Shown here: one piece after another, positions 1 through 10,400 of the stretch | Numbering within the stretch: the stretch's first letter is position 1 | Layout: each line of letters opens with the position of its first letter | Sequence record: DRR723986_3096 | Reading direction: 5' to 3' (one strand) | DNA: 64,000 nt | Position numbers and translations under genes: made by a program | Notes under the pieces: generated by a model | Told to the model about the DNA's origin: nothing | Databases searched by the model: none | The model's input: only the letters and a program-made list of their open reading frames with translations

Positions 1-1863
1 GCACCTGAGGAAAAGGCACCTGAGGAAGAGCCAAGCGAACACCATGCGGCCGAGCTGCTGGAGAGCATCGCGGGAACCATCAAGGGGCCGGCCAAGTGGG
101 CAGACTCTCAATCGGGCAAAGGGCTTGAGTTTTCCGGGAAGACCTTCGTCGACTTTGGCGATATTGGAGACTTCGAACGCGACCAAGCCTTCTCGCTGAG
201 CGCTTGGGTGAAACCAACCGGAGGTGTCGGTGCTGCCATCGCCAGAATGGACGACGCCAATGGCTTCCGAGGCTACGACTTGTATGCAGGCGCTTCGTCG
301 GTCTCAATGCACATCATTAACACTTGGCCTTCGAATGCGATCAAGGTCACCACCAAGAAGAAACTTCCCAAAGGCAAGTGGTCGCACATCGTCGCAACCT
401 ACGACGGCAGCTCCAAGGCGTCAGGAATCAACATTTATATCAACGGCCAGCAATGGGAATGGGCCATCGAACAGGATGGACTATCTGGATCGATCCGTAC
501 CGAGAAGTCGCTGCTAGTAGGAAGTCGACATCCGGGATCGCGGTTTTCTGGCGTGATTGATCAAGCAAGCATTTTCGATTCCGAACTCTCTGCCGCACAG
601 GTGCAACAGCTCGCCAGCCCAATTCGCCATCTGCTTAGCTTGCCGGCCGAAGAACGAAGCGAAGAACAGTCTAAGCAATTGCTTGATCACTTCCTGAGGG
701 AAAACAACCATGACTTTGCTGATCTTGAAAAAACACTTTCGCACCACCAAAAGAAACTGTCCGAACTTCGCAAGCCGCTGACGACAGTGATGGTGATGGG
801 GGATCAAGCGAAACCGCGTGATACGTTCATCCTCACGCGCGGGGCCTATGACTCACCCTCGGATGTAAAGGTTAGCGCGGCGACTCCAGCGGCGCTACCA
901 CCGATCTCTCCGGACCTGCCGACCAACCGACTTGGGTTGGCAAAGTGGCTCTTCCAAGACGATAATCCTTTGGTAGCTCGTGTTGCGGTGAATCGTTATT
1001 GGCAGATGCTCTTCGGTAAGGGAATCGTTGTTACTCCAGCGGATTTCGGCGCACAAGGCTCATTCCCAACGCATCCGGAGTTGCTTGACTGGCTTGCGGT
1101 TGAGTTCCGCGAAAGTGGTTGGAATGTGAAGCGGCTACTGAAGCTAATGGTCATGTCGGCCACCTATCAACAAACGAGTGCAACCGGTAGTAGTAGCTAC
1201 AACGACGATCCAGAAAACACGTGGCTCAGTCGTGGCAGCCGATTCCGTTTGCCTGCAGAATTTGTTCGAGACTCTGTGCTCTATGCCGCCGACATTTTGA
1301 ATTTGAAGGTCGGAGGTCCGGGAGTAAAACCTTATCAACCACCCGGCCTTTGGGTTGAAGTTGGGTTGAGCGGCAAGCCTGCGTTTGTGCAGGATCATGG
1401 CGACAAACTGTATCGCCGCAGCCTCTACACGTACTGGAAGCGATCCGCTCCTCCGCCGTCACTGCAAATTTTTGACGCCCCAACTCGAGAGAAATGCACG
1501 TTGACGCGTGCAAGAACAAACACACCGCTACAAGCTCTTGTGTTGATGAATGACATTCAATACATAGAAGCGGCCCGGTGTTTGGCTGATCGAGTTACGT
1601 CGGTTTGCGAAGACGACGATGAGCGAATCAAGCTGATTATGCGCTTAACCACTACCCGAACACCGAGCGTTCATGAAGCTCGCGTTCTGCACAATTTGCT
1701 TCAGCAGCAGCGAAACGCATTCAAAGCCGACGAGCAGGCTGCTAAGGAGCTTCTCGCAATTGGCGAGCTTCCACTGCGGGAGGATGTCGATGCGGTCGAA
1801 CTAGCTGCCTGGACCATCGTTTCGAGTGCAGCGATCAACCTAGACGATGCAGTCACGCGTTAG
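1..1863 (+). CDS. DUF1553 (PSD1) domain protein with LamG/concanavalin-like domain, 5'-truncated by window edge
   Basis: Frame 1 is open from base 1. It shows a LamG-like segment (FSLSAWVK...WSHIVATYDG...FSGVIDQ) followed by PSD1 motifs NRLGLAKWL, ARVAVNRYWQ, THPELLDWLA, YRRSLYTYWKR and NTPLQALVLMND. Confidence 0.88.
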   Translation, partial: APEEKAPEEEPSEHHAAELLESIAGTIKGPAKWADSQSGKGLEFSGKTFVDFGDIGDFERDQAFSLSAWVKPTGGVGAAIARMDDANGFRGYDLYAGASSVSMHIINTWPSNAIKVTTKKKLPKGKWSHIVATYDGSSKASGINIYINGQQWEWAIEQDGLSGSIRTEKSLLVGSRHPGSRFSGVIDQASIFDSELSAAQVQQLASPIRHLLSLPAEERSEEQSKQLLDHFLRENNHDFADLEKTLSHHQKKLSELRKPLTTVMVMGDQAKPRDTFILTRGAYDSPSDVKVSAATPAALPPISPDLPTNRLGLAKWLFQDDNPLVARVAVNRYWQMLFGKGIVVTPADFGAQGSFPTHPELLDWLAVEFRESGWNVKRLLKLMVMSATYQQTSATGSSSYNDDPENTWLSRGSRFRLPAEFVRDSVLYAADILNLKVGGPGVKPYQPPGLWVEVGLSGKPAFVQDHGDKLYRRSLYTYWKRSAPPPSLQIFDAPTREKCTLTRARTNTPLQALVLMNDIQYIEAARCLADRVTSVCEDDDERIKLIMRLTTTRTPSVHEARVLHNLLQQQRNAFKADEQAAKELLAIGELPLREDVDAVELAAWTIVSSAAINLDDAVTR

Positions 1864-1935
1864 CCGACTACTCCCCCAATTGAATTCGCAGCCGCAATTT
1901 TCCCTGCACGACAATAGTCATCACTTGAGCAAGCC

Positions 1936-3438
1936 ATGAGAATACCGCACGCTTCACAAGAGTGCTCCAGTCGCCGCAGCTTTCTGGCTAGCGGTTTGTC
2001 TTCTTCGGGAAGTGCGATGCTTTCGGCGGCAGCCCTCAGCACGCTTCTCGGGCGTGAAGCAAACGCTGGAGGAGTCGTCGACGCATCGGCAAACGATCTG
2101 CCGGGTGGTAAGAGCAATCCTGGGCTTCCGGAGTTGCCACACTTTCGCCCGACAGCCAAGCGTGTGATCTACCTGTTCATGGCGGGCGGCCCCAGCCACA
2201 TCGACATGTTCGACTACAAGCCCGAGATGCGAAAGCTTCACGGTACGGAGCTGCCCGATTCGATTCGGCAAGGCCAGCGACTAACCGGGATGTCTAGCGG
2301 CCAAGCTAGTTTTCCGTGCGTTGCACCTATGTTCAAATTCAAGAGGTTCGGCGAACGCGGCACCTGGGTCAACCCGGAACTGCTGCCCGAAACTGCGAAG
2401 ATTGTTGACGATCTGACGATCATTCGCACGATGAACACGGAGGCGATTAATCACGACCCCGCAATGACGTTCATCAACACCGGCACGCAGCAACTCGGTC
2501 GGCCAAGCATGGGATCGTGGCTGAGTTACGGTCTTGGCAGCCCCAACGATGACTTGCCCGCATATGTGACCATGATCTCGGTGGGAGCCAAACCTGGACA
2601 GGCACTTTTTTCTCGGTTGTGGGGCAGCGGATTCTTGCCGTCTAAGCACCAGGGCGTCCAATTCCGAAGCGGCAATGAACCGGTTCTCTACCTCAACGAC
2701 CCCAAGGGGCTGCCACGAGCCAGCCGGAGGCAGATGCTGGATGCTGTGAGCAGTATGAACTCGAGTCGATACGAACAGGTGGGTGACCCGGAGATTCAAA
2801 CGCGAATCGCCCAGTATGAAATGGCCTATCGGATGCAAACCTCGGTGCCCGAGCTCATGGAAGTTGAGCAGGAAACTGAGGCGACATTCGATATGTATGG
2901 TCCTGAATCTCGGAAACCAGGCACCTTTGCCGCAAATTGCATTTTGGCCCGACGCTTGGCAGAACGCGGGGTCCCCTTTATCCAGTTGTTCCATCGCGGC
3001 TGGGACCAACACGGTAATTTGCCCAAGGAGATCCGCCGCAACTGCGCCGGCGTCGACCAGCCCGCTGCGGCGCTCGTTCGCGACTTGAAACAGCGCGGAA
3101 TGCTAGACGACACGATCGTCATCTTTGGCGGGGAGTTTGGCCGAACGATCTACAGCCAAGGCAAACTGACAAAGGACAATCACGGCCGGGATCACCATGG
3201 CCGCTGTTTTACTACGTGGGTTGCTGGCGGCGGCTTCAAGCAGGGCTTCGATTACGGCGAAACCGACGAGTACGCTTACAACATCGTCCGCGATCCGGTG
3301 CATATCAACGACTTTAGTGCCACGGTTTTGCACGCTCTCGGAATCGATCACAAGCGGTTCAGCGTTAAGTACCAGGGGCTCGACTGGAGGTTGACCGGCG
3401 TTGAGGACGCGCATACCGTCCACGACGTACTCGCTTAA
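1936..3438 (+). CDS. DUF1501 family protein with Tat-like N-terminus
   Basis: SRRSFL N-terminus plus [35 protein letters not shown] and GRDHH. It follows a DUF1553 gene, which is the usual planctomycete pairing. Confidence 0.9.
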   Translation: MRIPHASQECSSRRSFLASGLSSSGSAMLSAAALSTLLGREANAGGVVDASANDLPGGKSNPGLPELPHFRPTAKRVIYLFMAGGPSHIDMFDYKPEMRKLHGTELPDSIRQGQRLTGMSSGQASFPCVAPMFKFKRFGERGTWVNPELLPETAKIVDDLTIIRTMNTEAINHDPAMTFINTGTQQLGRPSMGSWLSYGLGSPNDDLPAYVTMISVGAKPGQALFSRLWGSGFLPSKHQGVQFRSGNEPVLYLNDPKGLPRASRRQMLDAVSSMNSSRYEQVGDPEIQTRIAQYEMAYRMQTSVPELMEVEQETEATFDMYGPESRKPGTFAANCILARRLAERGVPFIQLFHRGWDQHGNLPKEIRRNCAGVDQPAAALVRDLKQRGMLDDTIVIFGGEFGRTIYSQGKLTKDNHGRDHHGRCFTTWVAGGGFKQGFDYGETDEYAYNIVRDPVHINDFSATVLHALGIDHKRFSVKYQGLDWRLTGVEDAHTVHDVLA

Positions 3439-3721
3439 AACCTGCGTAAGCCGGTGGGAGGACAGCTTGTTCCTCTGAGCAGGCCGTATCATGCCCGCTC
3501 AGTTCCCGGTATCTTGTAGCTTGCAGGGGTGTCGGAGTGTGTCTTTGGTGTCAGCAAGAGGCATCAGAAAAACGATGATCGCTCGACAATGAGTTCGGGG
3601 CGACTCCAAGCCGAAGTCAAAACTGAACACCTAGTTCGTCCCCCACGGAAATCCTCTCTGGCGAAGTCGGTGTGTTTCGAACGACCAGCCAGTTCTACTT
3701 GTCACGTTGAGGTGAAATAAG

Positions 3722-5419
3722 ATGTGTTTTGCGATTCGCAGGCCCTTGCTTGTAATGCTGCTGGGCCTTCAAGCTTGTCTGGTTTGGAACTTGGGTCTCC
3801 CTGCGGCTTCCGCCCAGTGGAAGCCAACGCCTCAAGCAAAACTCGCTGGTGAACAAGTCGCTGAACACGAGCTGCGTGCCCACATTCGCTACTTGGCAGA
3901 CGATCTACTCGAGGGCCGCGGTCCGAGCTCGCGCGGCGACCGCCTTGGGCAACTCTATATTTCTTCGCAACTCCAAGCCGCTGGGATTCAGCCCGGTGCC
4001 TCCGACGGTTCCTGGTTCCAGTCCGTACCGCTTCGAGGGCTCAAGACAACTCCACCGACCAGCGTAACATTCACTGGGCCCAAAGGCGAGCAACTGCACC
4101 TGAATCATCGAGATGATTTGATGACGGTCAGCGGTCAGGCTCAACCGACTGTTTCGGTCGAGGATTGCGAACTAGTTTTTGTTGGCTACGGAATCCAGGC
4201 TCCCGAATACGACTGGGACGACTTCAAGGGCATGGACATGTCGGGCAAGATTTTGGTCGTCATGAACAATGATCCAGAAGACGATCCTGATCTCTTCGCT
4301 GGCCGACGCCGATTGTACTACGGACGTTGGGATTACAAGTATGAAATGGCTGCCAGGGTCGGCGCTGCCGGGGCGCTCATCATTCACACTACACCATCGG
4401 CTGGGTATCCCTATCAAGTTGTTCAAACGTCATGGAGCGGCGAGGAGTTTGAACTGGCCAATTCAACCGGACCTCGTACAAACTTGAAAGGCTGGGTGAC
4501 TGAGGATTCGGCTTACAAACTGATGAATCTAGCTGGCAAGAATCTTGATGAAATGCGAAAGGCAGCCCAGTCGCGAGATTTTCAGCCGGTACCGCTGGGC
4601 GTAAACCTATCGTGCACGCTGCAGTGCGACGTCCGAGAGCAGACAACAGGGAACGTTCTTGGGGTTCTGCCCGGCAGCGATCCACAACTCAAAGACGAAT
4701 ATGTCGTCTTCATGGCGCACCACGACCACCTAGGACTCGCAGAATCTCGCGATGAAAATGGTGACATGATTTACAACGGCGCCATCGACAATGCATCTGG
4801 AACCGCATCGCTGTTGACGATCGCGCGAGCCGTTGCGGCAATGGAACCTCGGCCAAGACGTTCCATTTTGTTTGCGTTTGTCGGTGCTGAGGAGCAGGGC
4901 CTATTGGGGAGCGAATACCTAGCGGCCAACCCTCCCATGCCAGCGGGGTATATGGCGGCCGTCGTCAACATTGATGGGATCAACCACCTCGGCAAGACAC
5001 ACGACATCAACCTGATCGGAAACGGCAAATCGGATCTCGACGCAATTGTCGAATCGGTTGCTCAGTGGCAAGGGCGAACCGTTGTGCCAGATTATTTCCC
5101 TGACCGCGGATACTATTACCGCAGCGATCAATTCTCATTGGCGAAAGTCGGTGTTCCAGGAGTTTACCTGCACAGCGGGATAAACGTTGTCGGCAAGCCC
5201 GATGGGTGGGGGAAGAAGCGGCTAGACGAATGGGTTGAGAAGACGTACCATCAGCCCAGTGACGAATACGATGCGGACTGGGATCTGGCCGGTGCAATTG
5301 AAGACGCTCAGCTCCTCATGCACGTGGGGCTGGCCGTTGCCGACTCAGACAAGATGCCTGCCTGGGTCGCTGGCGATGAGTTCGAGGCGGCTCGAAAGGC
5401 GGCTATTGCGGACCGTTAA
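3722..5419 (+). CDS. M28 family metallopeptidase with PA domain, secreted
   Basis: Signal peptide; AHHDHLG, NGAIDNASG, GAEEQGLLGS, RSDQFS and YHQPSDE zinc-peptidase motifs; PA insert (LVFVGYGIQAPEYDWDDF). Confidence 0.9.
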   Translation: MCFAIRRPLLVMLLGLQACLVWNLGLPAASAQWKPTPQAKLAGEQVAEHELRAHIRYLADDLLEGRGPSSRGDRLGQLYISSQLQAAGIQPGASDGSWFQSVPLRGLKTTPPTSVTFTGPKGEQLHLNHRDDLMTVSGQAQPTVSVEDCELVFVGYGIQAPEYDWDDFKGMDMSGKILVVMNNDPEDDPDLFAGRRRLYYGRWDYKYEMAARVGAAGALIIHTTPSAGYPYQVVQTSWSGEEFELANSTGPRTNLKGWVTEDSAYKLMNLAGKNLDEMRKAAQSRDFQPVPLGVNLSCTLQCDVREQTTGNVLGVLPGSDPQLKDEYVVFMAHHDHLGLAESRDENGDMIYNGAIDNASGTASLLTIARAVAAMEPRPRRSILFAFVGAEEQGLLGSEYLAANPPMPAGYMAAVVNIDGINHLGKTHDINLIGNGKSDLDAIVESVAQWQGRTVVPDYFPDRGYYYRSDQFSLAKVGVPGVYLHSGINVVGKPDGWGKKRLDEWVEKTYHQPSDEYDADWDLAGAIEDAQLLMHVGLAVADSDKMPAWVAGDEFEAARKAAIADR

Positions 5420-5475
5420 TCAGCCTTGTCGTTCTCGCTCTATCGCTTTCAGATTCGCTTTTCAACGTTTATCCA

Positions 5476-5934
5476 ATGGACCTCAAGCTCATGACCGAAC
5501 ACGAAGAAGACCTTGGCGAGAAGATTATCGCAGCGATTGATGCGAACGATCCTGTACTGCTTGAGAGCCTGTTTCGGGGCGGTGAGTTTATCCTGTATCA
5601 GCAAATTGATACCGAGACGGGTTCCATCGATGAAGACGACGAAGGCAACTTTAGCGTAGTGCTCGCTGAACTCGAAGACTCGGTAGCAGTCGTGTGTTTT
5701 ACGAGCAGCGAAATTGCCGACAGCTTTGTTCAAACGCAAGTGACAGACCTTCCAGAAGGAGCCGTTTTGCCGTCAGTTATGGTCGACGGTGAGTCGCTAC
5801 TGGAGGGCCTGCCGGAAGACTGTGGGCTATTGCTGAACCCTGCCTCGGAGCGGGAGTGCTTCTTTCCGCCCGGGAGTTTCGATCCAGAAGATGGCGACTC
5901 AAGCGATGAGTCAGACGGCGACTTGGAAGCCTGA
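5476..5934 (+). CDS. SseB-like acidic protein
   Basis: AVVCFTS...GLLLNP pattern typical of the SseB N-terminal domain; very acidic. Confidence 0.55.
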   Translation: MDLKLMTEHEEDLGEKIIAAIDANDPVLLESLFRGGEFILYQQIDTETGSIDEDDEGNFSVVLAELEDSVAVVCFTSSEIADSFVQTQVTDLPEGAVLPSVMVDGESLLEGLPEDCGLLLNPASERECFFPPGSFDPEDGDSSDESDGDLEA

Positions 5935-5972
5935 ACACAAGACCGCGGCCGCAGTCTTGCTGCTGCCGCACT

Positions 5973-6036
5973 TCATGACAAGGCGAGTCATGACAAGACT
6001 GAGAACTTAGCGAAGAATCAACTTAGCGAAGAATCA
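5973..6036. repeat. Two pairs of short intergenic direct repeats
   Basis: TCATGACAAG at 5973-5982 and 5988-5997; ACTTAGCGAAGAATCA perfect tandem at 6005-6020 and 6021-6036. Confidence 0.85.
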
Positions 6037-6053
6037 CTGGGAGTTCGATAACG

Positions 6054-6593
6054 ATGAGCGATCAACCACCGATGGGAATGTCTGACCAGGATTTCCTGAG
6101 CAATCAACCACCTGCACCTGGCGGGATGCCACCTTCGGGTTCGAATGCCAAAGCACGATTGACGCCACCAGCTATCGCACTGATTGTTGTGGGTGTAATC
6201 GGCTGCTTGTTCGGGCTGTGGAACGTGGCATCTTCAACGATGAACTACTTGAATCCTGAAGCAGCGCTTGCGGCGCAACAGCAGGCCATCGATGACCTGC
6301 AGAATTCAGAATTACCTGAAGCATACAAAGAGATGCTCAGTGACTGGCTCTCCGCTCCCCCAGGACCGATACCAATCATCATTGGTGCACTCGGGGTGTT
6401 ATGCAGTGCGCTCAGCATTCTCGCTGGTGTTTCAATGCTCCAGCAAAAGCGATACGGCATTTGTATCACGGGTGCAATTGCCGGGATGCTCCCGATATCG
6501 GGCTGCTGTTGCCTTGGCGTGCCATTTGGCATTTGGGCAATTGTCGTTCTGATGAACGCCGACGTTAAGGCCGCATTCCGTAACAGGGCCTAG
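6054..6593 (+). CDS. Planctomycete-type membrane protein (Pro-rich N-terminus, CCCLGxPxGIWA motif)
   Basis: Several hydrophobic helices; C-terminal SGCCCLGVPFGIWAIVVL...VKAAF. Confidence 0.7.
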   Translation: MSDQPPMGMSDQDFLSNQPPAPGGMPPSGSNAKARLTPPAIALIVVGVIGCLFGLWNVASSTMNYLNPEAALAAQQQAIDDLQNSELPEAYKEMLSDWLSAPPGPIPIIIGALGVLCSALSILAGVSMLQQKRYGICITGAIAGMLPISGCCCLGVPFGIWAIVVLMNADVKAAFRNRA

Positions 6594-6597
6594 GGCT

Positions 6598-7821
6598 TTG
6601 ACTGACGGCGATTCACAACCGTTGGTTAGTCGTTTGACGGCGCCGATTCCCGCCGGGATAGCCACTCTGGTCGTTCGCGGCGTGAGTGCTATCGAAGAAG
6701 CGGTGCCGCTGCTCGGACTCCGGACGCAAACGCCAGAGCTAGGGCGTGTCTACTTTGGAGCGGTCAACATCACCAGTGGCCAGGAGCATGCGGTCGTCTG
6801 CCTAACGGAGCCCGACGTGCTTGAGATCCATTGCCATGGCGGCAGGGCAGTTTCACAAGCCATCCTCGACATACTCGGAACGACTTCGGCTCAGGTCGCC
6901 GCGCCCGACGACTATCTTCGGCAAGTCGCATCACTGGTGCAGTATGACGCTCGGTGTGGACTGATCGCGGCCCAGACTGATCGCGCAGCAGCCTATATGC
7001 TTGACCAAGTCAATGGCGCACTTGAGTCTGCGATCGAGCGCCTCATCGCGTCGCTGTCCAGTCGCAACGTTCCCGGTGCACTGCAGTTGCTCTGCGAGAT
7101 GGAAGCCCAATCGACTTTCGCCGATCGTCTGATTGGCGGGTGGGACGTAGTCATCGCTGGTCCCCCAAACGTCGGCAAGAGCAGTTTGCTCAACGCAATC
7201 GTTGGGCGTCAGCGGTCGATTGTGAACCCAGAAGCTGGCACGACTCGGGATTGGGTCGAGGATACGACGGCCATTGATGGTTGGCCAATTCGAGTCTCCG
7301 ATACCGCTGGCGTTCGAAGTAATGCCGGCAGCATCATTGAAAGTGAGGGCATTGCGTTTGCCCAAGACCGGATCCGCGAGGCCGATATCGTGCTCATCGT
7401 TGTCGACCTGACTAAAGCCTGGACGGATGTACATTCTCAAATCGTGAAGGAGCGGATCGACGCACCGAAAAAGGGCGGCTCCAGCGGGGCTCAAGACGCC
7501 TCGAAAATCGTTTGCCTTGCCAACAAAGCTGACCTAGTCTCGGAAGCTGAGCTGTCAGAGGCGCTCCACCGGCTTGGCGAAGCGTTCCCGCAATCGCCCC
7601 CGATCGTCTGCAGTTGCCTGGTCGCAGGTGGCGTCGACGAGGCCATTCAACGCATTGCAAGCATCATCAGCAGCGGTGCGCCGCCCGAGGGTGTTCCTCT
7701 TGCTTCGTCTCCGCCGCTGCAAGCACGAATTCGTGACGCAATCGCTGAGTTGAATGCTGGCAATACCAAAGCAGCCACTGCAATACTGAGCCACTCACTT
7801 GAGAAACCAAGAGCCAACTAG
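6598..7821 (+). CDS. MnmE/TrmE-like GTPase, short, lacking the C-terminal FCxGK
   Basis: N-terminal TrmE-like LEIHCHGG; G1 GPPNVGKS, G2 GTTRD, G3 DTAG, G4 NKAD. Confidence 0.8.
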   Translation: MTDGDSQPLVSRLTAPIPAGIATLVVRGVSAIEEAVPLLGLRTQTPELGRVYFGAVNITSGQEHAVVCLTEPDVLEIHCHGGRAVSQAILDILGTTSAQVAAPDDYLRQVASLVQYDARCGLIAAQTDRAAAYMLDQVNGALESAIERLIASLSSRNVPGALQLLCEMEAQSTFADRLIGGWDVVIAGPPNVGKSSLLNAIVGRQRSIVNPEAGTTRDWVEDTTAIDGWPIRVSDTAGVRSNAGSIIESEGIAFAQDRIREADIVLIVVDLTKAWTDVHSQIVKERIDAPKKGGSSGAQDASKIVCLANKADLVSEAELSEALHRLGEAFPQSPPIVCSCLVAGGVDEAIQRIASIISSGAPPEGVPLASSPPLQARIRDAIAELNAGNTKAATAILSHSLEKPRAN

Positions 7822-7830
7822 CCGGGGAGC

Positions 7831-7865
7831 AAGCCGAGCGGAGAATCCGCTCGAGCTTCTTTATG
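7831..7865 (+). terminator. Candidate intrinsic terminator after the GTPase gene
   Basis: Hairpin CGAGCGGA-GAA-TCCGCTCG with AAGC/GCTT extension, followed by CTTTAT, about 10 bp after the stop codon. Confidence 0.4.
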
Positions 7866-8066
7866 CAGCCTTCCAACCGGTAGCGATTGCTGTAATGGTA
7901 AAGGCGTAGGGATTGCATAGCTTCGGTTGCGTTTTGGCCGCACTGGAGATTCAGCAGCCCGAGAACACCTCAGCTTGAGATACCGCGGAAGTACCAGAAT
8001 GGGTATATTCACACGTCTTGTTCTCGACCTCCCGAATTTCCGCTATCTACTCGACGTGAGTAACCT

Positions 8067-10352
8067 GTGATGATTTCTGCTCAAAGCAACCGTGTGCTCC
8101 TGCTATCTGCGGTAGCTATCGGCGTGATGATGGCCACCACAGTCCGTGGACTGGCCCAATCCAACTACGCAACCAGCGATAGCATGAGCGGCTATGTTCA
8201 TTGGATCGACCTGTACGATGCGGACAACAAAAAGATTGATCCCGAGGGTGAATTCCCGCGTCCTTATTCTCCCGAAAAGACCTGCGGGCGCTGCCATGAC
8301 TACAAACAGATAGCCCACGGCTGGCACTTCAACGCGGTCGATGCCGATTCAATCCACGGGCGGCCGGGGCAGCCATGGATATGGGCAGACGAGCGCTCGG
8401 GCACGTTTCTTCCGCTTTCCTACCGAGGCTGGAAGGGGACGTTCAACCCCGACGACCTCGGGCTGTCCCGATGGCAAGTCGCTGCCAAACTAGGTGGATT
8501 TCTGCCCGGCGGCGGACCAGGATCAGAAGAATCCTTGGCCGAGGCTGCCGAGTTGCTTAAGAAGCTGAAGGCAACACGTAAAGTTACACCAGTGGATGGT
8601 GAAGAGGACGAGCTCCCGCCGGGCTACGAAGACCGCAGTAACGTCACCGGCCCCTTGCCCGTGGACTGCATGATGTGCCACCATCGCTCGGGTAGCGGCT
8701 ACAGTCCGTTTGTGTGGACAGAACAGGTCGAAGAGGAGAACTTCGCGTACGCCCCAACAGCCGCTCTGGGGATTGCGGTTGTTAGCGGGAATTCGAGGCG
8801 TTTGAAGGATGACTTTGATCCGACTGCCGAAGGTGCTCAAGAGAAACTGCCGAAAGTCGACTATTCAAAACAGAAATTCCGAAGTGACGGAAAAGTCTTC
8901 TTTGATTTGATTCGCAAGCCCGACAACGACGCTTGCTACTACTGCCACACCAACTCGCCAACCGAGACCGTTGGCGGTGGACGCTGGCTTCACGATGAAG
9001 ACATCCATGTTCGGGCAGGTATCAAATGTGCCGACTGCCACCGCAACGGCTTGGATCACCATACCGTTCGTGGCTTTGACGGTGAGAACCATCCTTCGGG
9101 TGACGTCGTTTCACTCTCTTGTGCAGGATGCCACCTTGGCACGGACCAGTCTACTGGGCGGCTTGGAGCTCCGCGGCCACTGCACAAAGGCCTTCCGCCG
9201 CTTCACTTTGAAAAGATGACCTGTACCGCTTGCCACGCTGGCAGCATGCCCGCTGACGAAATTGGCTTCCAAATCAACTCAATCGCTCACCGACTTGGGG
9301 AGCACGTCAAACGAACCGGAGAAGAGGCCCCGGGAATCGCCCACTCGATTATCATCCCGATGCAATCCTCCGTCATCGATGACGATCAAGCAAAAGGTAG
9401 CGAGGAGCCAGAACCGGCGGACAAGTCGAACGCGGAAGATGCAGAAGATGTAGCAGAGGCGAACTCGGACGCCAAATCAGACGCGGACGCAAGCCCGAAT
9501 GCTTGGCAGGGTGACGGGCGGTTTGCACCGCATCGAATGATGTGGCCCTCCTACTGGGCCATAAAGCAAAATGATGAGATCACACCGCTCAACCCCGAGA
9601 TGGTTTACGACCTTGTCCGCCGCTCGTTGAAAGTCCGTCGAGAATTCACCGAGGAATTGGGCGATGCGAAACTCTCGCTAAGCGAGCGCAAGAAGCTCTT
9701 GGGCGACGATAGGGCCCGCGTGAAGGAAGACGAGCGAACCGACGAAGAGGCTGCGATTATTGCCAAAGCCGAAGCAGAAGCTCGGACTTTGCAGGTCAAC
9801 GAACGAATCGCAAAGTCGCTAGCCGACATCGAAGAAGCCTTCCCGGGGGCTCAGGCAATCTTCATCAGCGGTGGCATGGGCTTTGTGCGCGATCAAGACG
9901 CCAGCACTGAGGACCGCGGTGAGGAAAATGCTGAGGAAGGTGACGCAGGGAACGACGAAGAAGACGAGGAACCTGTCTGGAAGATTAAGACGCTGGATGC
10001 CTCCCAACTAGGTGATGCGGCAGCACCGTATGCCTGGCCCCAGGCACACAATGTGCGGCCCGCTCAGCAATCTCTGGGTGTAAGCGGATGCACTGAATGC
10101 CACAGTGAAAAATCTAAATTCTTCGGTTCTGTACTTACGCCCGTTGGATTGCTTCCCGACCAAGAAACTCAACCCATCGCGATCCGTGATCTACAGCAGG
10201 TCGACCAAGTCAAACTGGCTGGGTGGAACAGTTTGTTCCAGGGCCGCTCGCTGTTCAAAGTCCTGGGCCTGATCGCTCTTGGGCTCACCTGTGTTGTTGC
10301 CGTCGCCTTTATGGCAATCAACTTAAACGACATGTTCCGGCGCAACAGCTAG
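8067..10352 (+). CDS. Multiheme cytochrome c (7 CxxCH), signal peptide and C-terminal membrane anchor
   Basis: CGRCH, CMMCH, CYYCH, CADCH, CAGCH, CTACH and CTECH; N-terminal signal peptide; hydrophobic C-terminal helix. Confidence 0.88.
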   Translation: MMISAQSNRVLLLSAVAIGVMMATTVRGLAQSNYATSDSMSGYVHWIDLYDADNKKIDPEGEFPRPYSPEKTCGRCHDYKQIAHGWHFNAVDADSIHGRPGQPWIWADERSGTFLPLSYRGWKGTFNPDDLGLSRWQVAAKLGGFLPGGGPGSEESLAEAAELLKKLKATRKVTPVDGEEDELPPGYEDRSNVTGPLPVDCMMCHHRSGSGYSPFVWTEQVEEENFAYAPTAALGIAVVSGNSRRLKDDFDPTAEGAQEKLPKVDYSKQKFRSDGKVFFDLIRKPDNDACYYCHTNSPTETVGGGRWLHDEDIHVRAGIKCADCHRNGLDHHTVRGFDGENHPSGDVVSLSCAGCHLGTDQSTGRLGAPRPLHKGLPPLHFEKMTCTACHAGSMPADEIGFQINSIAHRLGEHVKRTGEEAPGIAHSIIIPMQSSVIDDDQAKGSEEPEPADKSNAEDAEDVAEANSDAKSDADASPNAWQGDGRFAPHRMMWPSYWAIKQNDEITPLNPEMVYDLVRRSLKVRREFTEELGDAKLSLSERKKLLGDDRARVKEDERTDEEAAIIAKAEAEARTLQVNERIAKSLADIEEAFPGAQAIFISGGMGFVRDQDASTEDRGEENAEEGDAGNDEEDEEPVWKIKTLDASQLGDAAAPYAWPQAHNVRPAQQSLGVSGCTECHSEKSKFFGSVLTPVGLLPDQETQPIAIRDLQQVDQVKLAGWNSLFQGRSLFKVLGLIALGLTCVVAVAFMAINLNDMFRRNS

Positions 10353-10400
10353 TATGATAACGATCAAGCAATCGTCGACGACAATACGGACAGAATCGAA

